This document shows, piece after piece, positions 1-12,164 of a stretch of DNA of 64,000 nt. The stretch is taken from the NCBI GenBank assembly GCA_028534125.1, contig CM052817.1, positions 87,546,001 through 87,610,000 of the forward strand. Reading direction: 5' to 3'. The notes beneath the pieces were generated by a model. That model searched no databases, was not told the origin of the DNA, and saw only the letters and a program-made list of their open reading frames with translations. The DNA comes from Lama glama (Eukaryota). Position numbers and translations under genes: made by a program. How positions within the stretch are numbered: position 1 is the first letter of the stretch; each line of letters starts with the position of its first letter.

Positions 1-1192
1 GCAAAAGACATCCTCAGTAATGAAGCTACTCAAAACTGAAAGGTTAAACTGGGAGGAAAAGTAAAAGAAAAAAAAAAGTCCTGCAATTTTAGTTTCTCCT
101 ATCTTGATGGGCAATAGTTTTCCAAGATGAAAAAGAAAAAAAAAATTCCAACTTAACATTCCTCCATAAGAGAAATTATTTGAAAAATAATTATTCAATT
201 AATTAAATACAAGGCAAGGATATTAAATCTTGCTCAATTGGTATGCCCTACACACAGTTAAATCTTAAACATCTGGTGAATTTGGAGGTAGATAATCTCC
301 ACAATTAAAGTAACTATGGTTCTGTTATTAAATTTTTACAAGTTTTCCACTCAATGGTTAGACCCTGACCTGAAAACAATCAAGCCTTATCCATTTATGT
401 TATCTTCCTCTTCCTAAATTCACTGCACAAATGCCCAATTTTTACTTTTATTTTTCCCATGTTTCCCTGTTTTCACAAATACCAGCCACTAGGATGATGG
501 AGAGGTTGAGAGCCTTTCCTTTAAATCCCATAAAGACCATGTCAAAAGGTCATCAGAAATGAGAAATACAGGCACACTCTGAAATATGGAACAGCATACT
601 GCTAACATGCTCTGATAGACACATCAGAAAATATCTCATACATGCAAATGGCATTCCAGAACAAAAGACTGTCACTTCTTTCTTTGAAAAATAGCTGTCT
701 AGCTTATCTGTCTTTCCTCACCCACACAATTGCCTTCATAAAAGTAGAAGATACACAATATGGATTGAAAGGCACATTTCATGTTTATGCAAAAGAAAAA
801 AAGTGAATTTATAAAAATGAATATAGTGATGTAAATAAGTAAAAAAAAATGCCTATATGCAACATGAAGCTCTCAGATATATCAAGTGAAATAAGTAGTT
901 CCAAGTTTTTCAGAGGTTTGTAGCTCTTATCGAGTAGCAAAAACAGATCATTTATTTTGGAAACACTATGAGTTTTTAAAAACAATAGCCACAAAACCCA
1001 GATTTACTAATAATTCAAAAAGATCTCTTTTGGCTATTCTTTGGTAGGGGTGAAAGTGTGAGGAATAAGGAAAGTCATCCAGCATGAGGTAATGAAAGGA
1101 GAAGGGGCATATTTTATTCAGGGAAGAGATGTCTAAGCATCATAATCTATGTGAACAGTGTGAAAATTATTCATAAAAATGTCAATTACTTT

Positions 1193-1550
1193 GTGTGATA
1201 CCTAATTTTATGTGTCAACTTGGCCAGGTCAACGGATGACCAGCTATTTGATCAAAAACTATTCTGTGGGGATGTTGCGGATGAGGTTAATCTTTGAATA
1301 AGTAAATAAACTGAGTAAAGCTGATTGCTATTCTTAATGAGGGTGGGCCTCATCCAATCAGTTGAAGGCCTGAAGAGACTATCTGGTTGACTCTCCTGTC
1401 AGTAATAGAGAACTCCTCCTACCTGACTACCTTGAGCTAAGACATTGGATTTTTCCTGCTTTTGGTCTCAGACTCTAGCATCAGCTCTTGGGTCTCAAGC
1501 CTGCCAAGTCTTGAGCTGAAACCCCCATAAATGCACAAACCAATTCCTTA
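1193..1550 (+). mobile_element. MLT2-like ERVL LTR
   Basis: AATTTTATGTGTCAACTTGGC start and GGGTGGGCCTCATCCAATCAGTTGAAGGCCTGAA core typical of MLT2 LTRs. Confidence 0.8.
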
Positions 1551-2309
1551 TATATATATATTTGAGAGAGATCACTGATTATTTGTACATAGAGAGATCA
1601 TTAATGCCAAGTGATCATTGGTTTAAGAAATACATAAACTGTCAGGGTATTTAAAAAGTAAGTGACTTAGTCTCTCTAATATGGGCACACAAAAATACCT
1701 CTAACTGCATCATCAGGAATTCCTTTAGCAGGAATTTTTGATACAGACCTGGAAAACTTATGAATGAAGAGAAAGTAAGATAAAAAAACATGTCAAGGTA
1801 GCACAACGCTGTTGTAATAGCTCTTCCTTAACATATTTATGTGTAGCTGACTCAACTTGTCTTCTCCCAGCCCTGTGGAGGCTTAGGTGTCGGGCCTTGT
1901 CTATTCTAGTCAATGACTCTCTATTTACAAGTCTAACACAATTTTTATTGGCACAGTTCATTGATCTCCTTACACAGAGTAGGAGTCAGGCTAACCATAA
2001 AAGGCCACAAATGTCTTGATACCTCAAAAACTACACACATAAATAAATAAGATTCATGAAGTTTATTTCTCCCAAAAGATGAACTATAAAACTTCAGATT
2101 TGTAAGACAAATTATATTGTACTAAAGCATACATGGCACTGAGACTACAATATTCTTATGTAAATGGAAAATAACTAAAAATTACCTCATAGAAAGCTAT
2201 ACACATAAATATCAGATTACTCTAAATGAACAATGTTGGCTGACATAGCTGCATGACACTGGAAAATACTAACACTTGAATGTTTCAGATTTAAGAAATA
2301 GCAACCTTT

Positions 2310-4020
2310 ATTTTGTGAATACTGACATACTGATTCTAAAATTTATAGGAAAGGCATAAGATGCAGACTATCCAACACAACATGAGAGGAGAAGAACAAA
2401 GTTGGAGGATGGACACTGCTCAACTTCAAGCTTTATTATAAAGCTAAAGCAATTAAAGCAGTGTGGTACAGGCAAAGGAGTAGACAAATAGAACAATACA
2501 ACAGCACAGAGTCTAGAAATAGACCCACATAAATATAGTCAATGACCTTTGACAAAAAGAGCAAAGGCAATGCAATGGAGCAAAGATAGTCTCTTCAACA
2601 AGTGATACTGGAATAAATGGACATCCAAATGCAAAAAATAAAAAAGTAGATAATGACTCTGAACATGGACCTAACACTTAACAAAAATTAACTCAAAACG
2701 GATCACAGACCTAAATGTAAAATGTAAATCTATAAATCTCCTAGAAGATAACTTAGGAGAAAAGCTAATGGCCTTAAGCATAGTGTTTACTTTTTAGATA
2801 CAACAGCAAAGACACAAACTATGAAAGAAATAATTGATAAACTGGACTTCACTAAAATTAGAAACTTCTGCTTTGTGAAAGATGATGTTAAGAAAACAAG
2901 AAGACAAGTAACAGGCTGGGATAAAATATTGGTGAATGACACATCTGATAAAGGACTATTACCCAAAATATACAAAGGATTTTTAAAATTCAACATTAAG
3001 AGAACAATCTGATTTTAAAAGAGTCAAAGACTTTAACGGCACCTCATCAAAGAAGACATACAAATGGCAAATAAGTATATGAAAAGATGCTATACATCAT
3101 GTATCATCAGGGAAATGCAAATCAAAATAACAATGAGATACCACCACACTCCTGTTAGAATGGACAATTCCAGAACACTGACAGTACCAAATGCTGGTAA
3201 GGATGTGGGTAGACATCACACCTGGTACACTGTTGGTGGGAATGCACAATGGTACAGCCAGAGTAGAAGACTGTTTTGTGGTTTCTTAAAAAGTTAACAT
3301 ACTCTTAACACACAATCCAGCAGTCATACTCCTTGATATTTACCTAAAAGAGTTGAATGTGTATGTCTACACAAAAACCTGCACATGGACGTTTATAGCA
3401 AGCTTTATTCATATTTGCCAAAACTTGGAAGCAACTAAGATGCTTTTAGGTAGGTGAGTGGATAAACTTTGGTAGATTCAGACAATGGAATATTATTCAA
3501 CACTAAAAAAGAAATGAGCTATTAGGGTACGAAAAGACATGAAGCAAACTTAAATGCATGCTACTAAGTGAAAGAAGCCCATCTGAACAGGCTACATATT
3601 ATATGATTCCAACTGCATGACATTCCAGAAAAGGCAGAACTGTGGAGACAGTAAAAATATCAGTGATGATAAACAAAAAAAATGGGAGGATGAATGGGCA
3701 GAGCATAGAGGATTCTTAGGGCAGTGAAAATACTCTAAAGGAAATTATAATGATGGATATATGTCATTATACATTTTCCAAACCCACAGAGTGCATAACA
3801 CCGTGACCCCTACGGTAAGCTATGAACTTTGGGAGATTCTGATGTGTTAACATAGGTTCACCTTTGTTAAAAAATGCACCTTTCTGGTGAATTATGTTGA
3901 TTCTGGGGGAGGCTGTGCAAGTAGGAGCGTGGGTCAGGGGTAAATAGGAAATCTCTCTTATCTTCCTCCTAATCTTGTTATAAAATTAAAACTGCTCTAA
4001 AAAATAAACTTTAAAAAAAA
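2310..4020 (+). mobile_element. 5'-truncated L1 (L1MC-like): ORF2 C-terminus plus 3'UTR
   Basis: Decayed ORF2 peptides ([29 protein letters not shown]), L1M-type 3'UTR, AATAAA and A-tail near 4005-4020. Confidence 0.9.
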
Positions 4021-5173
4021 GAGATAACTTTCAAATCTTCCTAAAGAAAGGCAATACAAACTGATTATCACAGATCATCTGGAAATAATTATTAACTAAA
4101 TAAAAATAAACTTGAATGAAGAATAAAATTAAAATGTTAAGATGATCTTTACACATTCTTAAGTTTATACGAAAATCATAAAACTGGGGACACTGTGCAA
4201 TATTTCTACAGTATTTCCACTCATTATCTATCCCTGTATGCAATACTCTTTCTGAAGCACCATGGAGGACTAAGCAAACACTGACTCCACAACAAAGAAA
4301 AGACAATCAGTATTTCCTTAGAGTTGGCTTTTTTGTATTTTCTGATTTTACTTGTTATCTGTTATTATGGGGTCGGAAAACCCAAGAGATCCTACTACCT
4401 GGGGAAAAAATGTGTTTTCTCTAAGATTTATAAAATTATGGATAGTTTACCTACAATATGAGTACTAATTTGAAAATATTTTCCTAAGATCTATGATGCA
4501 CCAGTAGAAATTCTGAATATTTGTTGTTTACGATGCTCCTACACACAAGCGTGCTCCAAAACCCTTACTTGACTGATGTAGAGAATTTACTGAGTACAGG
4601 ATTTTGCTTACTGATTTAGAGAAGAAATCTTTTCCTGCTAGGTGTTGGGCTTTGCTCTCAGTGTGGAGCTTAAATTTCTAGAAGGAAAGGAAGAAAATAA
4701 ACAGACAAATATATACTATACTTCTAGGTGTGGTACAGAAGAGCGAGCAGCGAGGTAAAGGGATAGGGAGAGGCAGTAAGGTGTCTTATTTAATAACTAG
4801 GGAAGATCGTCTTTGGTGGTGACATTGAAAGGTACTGAGAGAGGGAGTGGAAACAGAATTTCAAACAAATGCCTTGAGGTGAAAACAATTTGGTGCTCTG
4901 AGGCTCACAGCTTTTCTACGAGTTTTCTTTAAGCAAAAGGTAAAAGAATTCAACTTATTAAACAGCTTTAAGAGCATAGCTAAGATGCAGCAAAGAGTAC
5001 ATTGTCTGCAGTTGCTTGATTTTTTCACATGCAAGTTAAGGGCTTCCCTTGTCTACAGAATTATCTCTTTTGAGGACCAGTTGGACAAATTACAGATTTT
5101 TACCTGTCCAAAGAAATCCATGGTCAAAAGAAAGACCAAGGTCTAGTTGCTTCTTACAGCCACTGACAGTTTT

Positions 5174-5207
5174 ACGTGTGTGTGTGTGTGTGTGCGCGCG
5201 CGCGTGC
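5174..5207. repeat. (GT)n(GC)n alternating purine-pyrimidine microsatellite
   Basis: ACGTGTGTGTGTGTGTGTGTGCGCGCGCGCGTGC read directly. Confidence 0.95.
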
Positions 5208-5999
5208 TTCTATTTTGCCCCAAACCTCATTTGCAGAATTCTACTCCCATCCTTGGGGTATAAAGGAGTCTGCTCTTCTATGCTAAGTCATGTGAGTTTT
5301 CTGACTTACGTGCGCATTGTCACACTCTCTGCCCATCTCCCCAAACAGCAGATGTGATCAACCCTGAGCCTGGACAGGAACCAGCACCTTCCTCCATCTC
5401 ACCAAGTTCTTTCCAGGTGTCATTACCCTTCGGTCTGATGCACAACACTAATAATTAGCTCTAAAACGCAGACATGAAAAAATCTTTTGAAATCATATTT
5501 GTATTACAAATAAGTAGAGCTTCCTTGTATTCTGAAGTTAGAGGTTTGGCCTTGTTTTACTTTCATTTGCCATTTATTGCAGCTACATCTCCTTATAATG
5601 TGAATACCAGTCTACAACTGTCAATCTCTATTCAATATTGTCATCCTTCCTATCATTAATTTCTGTTGCAGTGAGCCTCAAAATTGTGGACAGATTCCAC
5701 TTTATGCCATCCCAATAAGAAGGGTCTTCTGAGGCAAAGTCAAGCCAGCCTAGCTGCTCTGGAATAAACTATCCAGAAAGAAGACCAGGAGTGTAGTAGA
5801 GTGTGAACAAAAAAAGGTCCCTGGCCCGCCCTATCTAAACTTTTATCCCTGCCCCCACACTTCTACTTCCTTTCCTTTCTCTTCTTAATCACTACTGCAC
5901 ATTTCCTCCCTCTTGCACCTTCCTTATCGCTCCTCTTTTCTTCCCTTACCTCTCTCTCTTTTGCCCATTCTTTCTTTCACTCTTTCTCTCTTTCATCTG

Positions 6000-6110
6000 C
6001 CTTCTCCACTAGATTGTAAGCTCCCAAGAAAATGTCTTGTGTGTGTGTGTGTTTTTTTTTTCCTGGTGTCGTATCTCCAGGGTCTAGGACAGTGCCTGAC
6101 TCAATAAATG
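6000..6110 (+). mobile_element. L2 3'-end relic
   Basis: CCACTAGATTGTAAGCTCC...ACAGTGCCTGACTCAATAAAT resembles the L2 3' terminus. Confidence 0.65.
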
Positions 6111-7214
6111 GATAAAATTTACAAAGTGAATCAATTGAAGACCATCTAGAAGTCCTATCAAGTGACTGCACAGCCACACTATGCAAGGTTGTCCATCTGC
6201 TACATGCAAAGCTTGTCCTTGTTTGTTGAAGTTGTGGTTCAGTGATGATAGTGTTCTCTAGGCAAAAGCTCTCCCTGAGCAGGGCTGCCTTGTTAGCTCT
6301 TTGATATTCCCAGTACACTGCAGTGGGGGTCATTTGAAACTCAGTGAATGGAAAACTATAAATATCTAAAGACACTCTTCTTTACCTGAAATGGTAAAAT
6401 TCGTTGCCAAAGGCAAAACTTGTCTGAATTCATCCACTCAGACAAGCCTTTCCTCCTTGAAGACATCCTTTTATAGACTTCCTATATGTTCACCTGTGAA
6501 CAGCTTTCTGAAGGAGTAGCTGTAGGAACAGGGCTTACAGATAACTCTGACAAGCTGCATTAATCACCGTTACTCATATGTGTGGGTGAGCACCTAGGTT
6601 CACTGAAACAAGGCCAGATCTGTGATGACACCAGTGGTTCTGGGGCAAGTACTCAACTCTCTCAGCTTTTCTAGAGCATGGAATTCTTTGCACCTTCCAA
6701 AGTGAAGGCATTTATTGGTATGGCCAGAAGATGCCCTTCACCTCTCCTGGTGGAAAAAAAATTGGTGAGTGGAAGGGAAGATACACTTAGCTATTCTCAA
6801 AATTTAGACCAAAATTTATTTTCTATTTAAACAGATTCAGTGGCTAAGGTAAACATTTAGGGTTTATCTTTCATTATTATCTTTTCCCACTTCCTCCTTA
6901 GCAATTCCTGTGTGTATATATATATATATTTTTTTCCTCTGTATTTGCTGATATTAGCCACATCTCTCATAGTAAAATATCATCTCATGTAATAGGGTGA
7001 CTATTCACAAAGAAATCAAGTACTTCAGATCCAGCAATACCTCTGGCACCACTCCCCTTCCTATTTACCACCATCCAGTCTAATGGTCATCATCTTAAGT
7101 AATATTTCAATCCAATGGAGATTCCTCTTCCTGATCCCTTCTTACACTTCAGTTTAAACTCCAGGCTACCCCTTCATATCTGTAAGACACAGGACTGAAT
7201 TACAAATACGAGCC

Positions 7215-7810
7215 TCACCTTGGAGTTCACCAAATTATGAAGATAAGGGCACATCCTCCAGGCAGCAAGGTCTGCCAAAGACTACTAATCCCAGCTGCAA
7301 GGAGTAAAGCTTCAACCACGCAGTTAGAGGAGAGTCCACAAAAGGTCACTCTAACTTCTGACACCAACTTCAAGTTTTGAAGTTTCCTAAAAACACTCTT
7401 AATGATTTACTAGTAAGTCTCAACTCATTGAAACCTATCATACTCACATTTATATTTATTAGAAGGAAAATATACACTGAATTTAGCCATGGAAAGACAC
7501 GTAGGGAAGAATCCAGAAGGATTCCAAATGGAAGTTATCATTGTCTTCAAGATACCTTACTCCTGGCATTGATGTGTGACAATATCCACGAAAAATTTTC
7601 AATCTCAGAAACTCATTTTGAGCCAAGATGTCCAGCATTTTTATTGAAGCCTCATTACATAGTCATGGTTGATGGCCCACGTGATGAACTCAGACACCAG
7701 TGCTCTTTCTCTCCTGGTGGAGGGACTGATATCACTTAGCCCAGAACCTACACCCTAAATCATATGATTGGCCATCTCTCACTCTTAGACTATTTGGTGT
7801 GGTTGGCCAT
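7215..7810. mobile_element. Old LTR, MER21-like
   Basis: TTCTGACACCAAC..ATACTCACATTTATATTTATT..GGAAAGACACGTAGGGAAGAATCCAGAAGG resembles MER21-family consensus as recalled. Confidence 0.55.
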
Positions 7811-8979
7811 ACTCCAGTCAGATCTAAGAATGATGATGATTAGAAATGAAGATTTTTTTCAGTTGGGTCAATATTAACTGAGGAGATATCCTTAAGGGTT
7901 TGCCGGTATACTGATCTCAGGACTAAGAAGCCACTATCAATCTGCAAGATTATTTGAGACTGGGATGCACCTGGTATTTAGAGCTGGGGTTATGGGTAAA
8001 AAACTAGTTCCCAGTGTCCTGAAATATCAACAAACATAGTAGAAATGGCAAGATATATCAATACTAAGGTTTTCAGCATTTTCGTGTTTCATAGAGTACA
8101 AAATTTATTCTATTGTTAGCTGTAGGCAATTTCTTTGAGATAAAACTGCCATAATGGACCTTTACTTAGAAAAGTTCAACAACTACCATTTAGCTGAATT
8201 ACAAGATTTAGAGACACAGCAGTTTCAAGGAGTTGGAAAAATATTGTTTTGAGAGAAAGCAAGGCATATAGGTAAACTGAATTGTATTTGAAAAAACATG
8301 TGCTATAATTAGAGGTAAGAGGCACTGGTGGAACGGCGTGATCAGTACTCAAAATCTGGCCTCGAAGTTGGATTTCCCTACTTTGGTTAGAGGGCTAATG
8401 GCCAGATGTTGACAGAGGCACCAGTGCTGGCTTCATAGGCACAAACACTGTGCAGTCTTTTTCATATACCAAATCACAATTTACCTTTCTTTGTTATATA
8501 TAAGATGTACATTCTCTAGATATTTTTTACTATAATAACATTTTATAAAATTTTACTATAACATGGATGGAACCACTAATGAAGATGCTATATATATATA
8601 GAAATTTGCATGCATATATCTATTAGGACACGTGTATAGAAGTTTACTCACTCAGTAAAAGAACGGGTGTTGTCTTAACACTTTATTATGCTCCTGGATA
8701 GAATGTCAACTGGTACTGATATTTTAAGTGAAATATGGCCAGTATGTCCAAAATGTAGCACGAGTTTCTCACATGAGGCCATGGTACTCTTCTCTTTCAG
8801 CCATGAATGTAACATTCCACTTCAACACTCATAAATGTCAACATATAGTACTCAAAGTTATAAACTTTTCATCTTCCTGAATTTTTTTTATCACTTTCAT
8901 TTTATTCTTATAATTGGAATGTCTTTGATTACTAAGAGATTTTTCTCTTTTTATACACATAATGGCTATTTGTATTTCT

Positions 8980-9332
8980 TCTTTTTCACTGAAGCATAAT
9001 GGATATGTAACATTATATTAATTTTAGGTCTACAGCATACTGATTTGACATTTGCATATACTGTGAAATGACCACCGCAATTAAGTCTTGTTAACATCTG
9101 TTCTCTTACATAGTTACAGATTTTTTTTTCCTTATGATGAGGACTTTTAAGATTTACTCTCTTAGCAACTTTCAAATATGTAATACAGTATTACCAACCA
9201 GAGTCACCATGTGGTACATTACATCCCCATGGCTTATTTAAGTTGGTTAAGTTTATTCCTAAGTATTTTATTGTTTTTGATGCTATTATAGATTGAACTG
9301 TTTTCTGAATTTCTTTTTCCAATTGTTCACTG
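8980..9332 (-). mobile_element. L1 3'UTR end fused to an ORF2 fragment
   Basis: ACTTTTAAGATTTACTCTCTTAGCAACTTTCAAATAT 3'UTR signature; from ~9245 GTTAAGTTTATTCCTAAGTATTTTATT is antisense ORF2. Confidence 0.8.
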
Positions 9333-9853
9333 TGGTAAAATAAAATGTATATTTTAAGGCAGAACAAGAAAATGTGAACACAAAATTTTCTCTGTGTCTA
9401 TTTGGGCCTTCTCCCTCTCCCCCTCTCTCCCTAATGGAAAGCGTGCATCTGAATTACACATTAACTAGACCTCAACAAAAATGAGAATGCCTGCTTGACC
9501 ATATAGACCATAAAGATCTTTCTTTTCCTTTCTTCTCTTGCTAGCGATGACTTGTTAAAATAGCATTCTTTCCCAACTGTGTAGTGGGTTATAGCAACTT
9601 ACATTTCACTTTGGATGTGATGTGTTTACTTGTACTATCTTTGGTGAATTTTATGTAAAATATCAGTATGTCATTTTGATGTATGATTCCTGGTCTCAAA
9701 AATGTATATGACTGTGCCTTCAACTTCTAACAGGCAGATCAGTTCTCAGAGCTTCTGAGTCTGTCTCCCAGATTATAATCCTCAGTTTGGCTCAGATAAA
9801 ATTCCCTTTTTTATTTCTTCCTAACGTTATTGTTAATTGAATTTTCATCAACA
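9333..9853 (+). mobile_element. ERV1-class solo LTR (MER34-like) inserted into L1
   Basis: TG...CA ends, 4-bp TSD ACTG (9329-9332)/ATTG (9854-9857), CTGTCTCCCAGATTATAATCCTCAG R/U5-type motif; L1 sequence resumes directly afterwards. Confidence 0.75.
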
Positions 9854-11475
9854 ATTGTTAGTGTATGGAAACAATTTTTGTGTATGGATTTTATCCTGTA
9901 ACTCTGCTAAGTTGTCTATTATTAGTTCTAATGGTTCTGTAATACTTAGGGTCTTCTACATGGAAGATCATGTTGTCTGTAAATAGATATAGTTTTACTT
10001 CTTTATTTCAAACTTAGATGCCTTTTATTTTTCTTTCTTATCTACTTGCTCTGAACAGGATATCCAATGCTGTGTTAAATAGAATTGACAAAATCAAGCA
10101 TGTTTTTCTTGTCCCTGATTTTAGAGGAAAAGCTTTCATTCAGCATGAAGGTAGCTGTGGATTTTTCATATGTTGACTTTATTATGTTGAAATAGTTTCT
10201 TCTATTCTTATTTTGTTGAATTTTTTTAATCCCAAAAGGGTATTGAATTTTGTCAAATGTTTATTCTGCATCAATTAAGATGATCATATGCGGTATCCCC
10301 CCCCCCCTTTTTTTCTTTCTGTTAATGAAGTGCATTGCATTGATTGATTATTATTTTTTTATGTTGAATCATCTTTTCAGCCTAGGAATAAATCCCACTT
10401 GGTCATGGTGTATAATCACTTTAATGTGTTGTTGAATTTGTTTGCTAGTATTTTGTTGAGGTTTTTTACATCAGTATTCATCAGAGATATTGAGTTCAGT
10501 CTTTTTTTTTTTTATAGCGTCTTTGTCTGGCTTTGGTATCAGGGTGATTCTTGCTCCTACAATGAATCAATAAGTGTTTCCTCCTCTTCAGTTTTTCAGA
10601 ATAGTTTGAAAACAGTTGGCGTTAATTATTCTTTAAATGTTTGATAGAATTTACCAGTGAAGCCATCTGGACCTGGGTTTTACTTTGTTGAAAAGTTTTT
10701 ATTGATCCAATCTCCTTTACTAGACATAGATTTCTTCTGATTTTCCATTTGTTCATGATTCAGTTTTGGTAATTTGTTTGAGTCTAGGAGTTTGGTCATT
10801 TCATCTAGGTTATCCAATTTGGTCACATAACAAATATTCATAGTACTTTCTTACAATCCTTCATATTTCTGCAAAATTAGTAGTAATACCCCCACTTTCA
10901 TTTCTGATTTTAGTTATTTTTGCCATCTCTCTATTTTTCTTAGACAACCTTGCTAAAGCTTTTTTCAATTTTGTTGATATTTTCAAAGAACAAAATCTTG
11001 GTTTCACTGATTTCTTGACTGTTTTCCTATTCTCTACTTTATTTACCTCTGTACTGATCTTTATTGTTCCCTTCCTCTTGTATGGTTTAGTTTGCACTTT
11101 TGGTACTTCTTTAAGGTGTAAACTTAAGGTGCTGATTTGTCTCTCTTTTTTTAATGTAAATATAGCTGTAAATTTCCCTTTTAACATTGTTTTCACTGCA
11201 TCCCATATATTTTTGTATGTTAGGTTTTTATTTTCATTTGTCTCAATAATTTTCTAGTTTCCTTCATGAGTTCTTCTTTGACCCATTCGTTGCTTAAGAA
11301 TGTGCTATTAATTGCCACATATATGTGAATTTTCCAGTTTTCTTTCGGCTGTTAATTTCTAGTTCCATTCCACTGTGATCAGAAAATATATTTTACATGA
11401 TTTTAGCCTTTTAAAATTTATTAAGACTTGTTTTGTGGTCTAATATGGTTTATCCTGGAAAATATTCCACGTTGT
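9854..11475 (-). mobile_element. L1 ORF2 fragment (RT and endonuclease/linker regions), decayed
   Basis: Minus-strand peptide MKTMLKGKFTAI..KALARLSKKNREMAKITKIRNESGGITT is L1 ORF2-like, with many disablements around it. Confidence 0.9.
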
Positions 11476-12113
11476 CTTTTCCTTCTTTCATAACTCATCT
11501 ATTCCCCTTTTTTTGATTATTTGCAAAAGATGTAATCAAAACTATAATCTTTTCATCTATTGCATTTCTTATTTTAAAAGGAAAAAATAACATGTACACA
11601 TAATATTTTGCAGGTATATATCGCTAGGTTGTGTTTTTCAAAAATATTCTTAAAAGTCTGACTAATTTTTTTTTAGTGATGCATCCTTCTGCCAGAACTC
11701 CATTTGTTTTTAAAAAAATTATTGAACAGGCAGTAATGACTAAGCCCACTTGAAAAATAAATAATCTTAATTTTCTAGTCAGAAAGATATGCTAAGTTCA
11801 CCGCATCTACATGTACTGATTATGTTTTAGTTGCAAACAGATACATCCTCAGGCATAATTGTGCTTCTATCCTTTATTCTTTCAAGTGAGGTAAAACAAA
11901 CAAACAAAAAAAAAGAAACTGTAAGAAAAATAAGCACTATAATTCAGTCTTGAATCAACTAGTGTCCATATATAAATTATAAAGATGTATTAATCAGCTA
12001 AATATAAAGGAAACATCAAATGTTTTTATTTTAGATCATAATAATAAAATAAAAGTTTTTTTTAAGTGTCTTTAGTTGCTTGTCTGGAATTTTATAGACA
12101 TGGCTAAAATTTC

Positions 12114-12164
12114 TTTTCAATAGTGATTTAATTATATTTTCAATAGTGATTTATTTATATTTTC
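12114..12164. repeat. 23-bp tandem duplication
   Basis: TTTTCAATAGTGATTTAATTATA / TTTTCAATAGTGATTTATTTATA. Confidence 0.9.

Noticed and set aside
2787..3297. Short ORFs with protein-like sequence (also 10861-11196, 38090-38362, 39581-39784)
   Set aside because: Disabled fragments of L1 ORF1/ORF2, not host genes.
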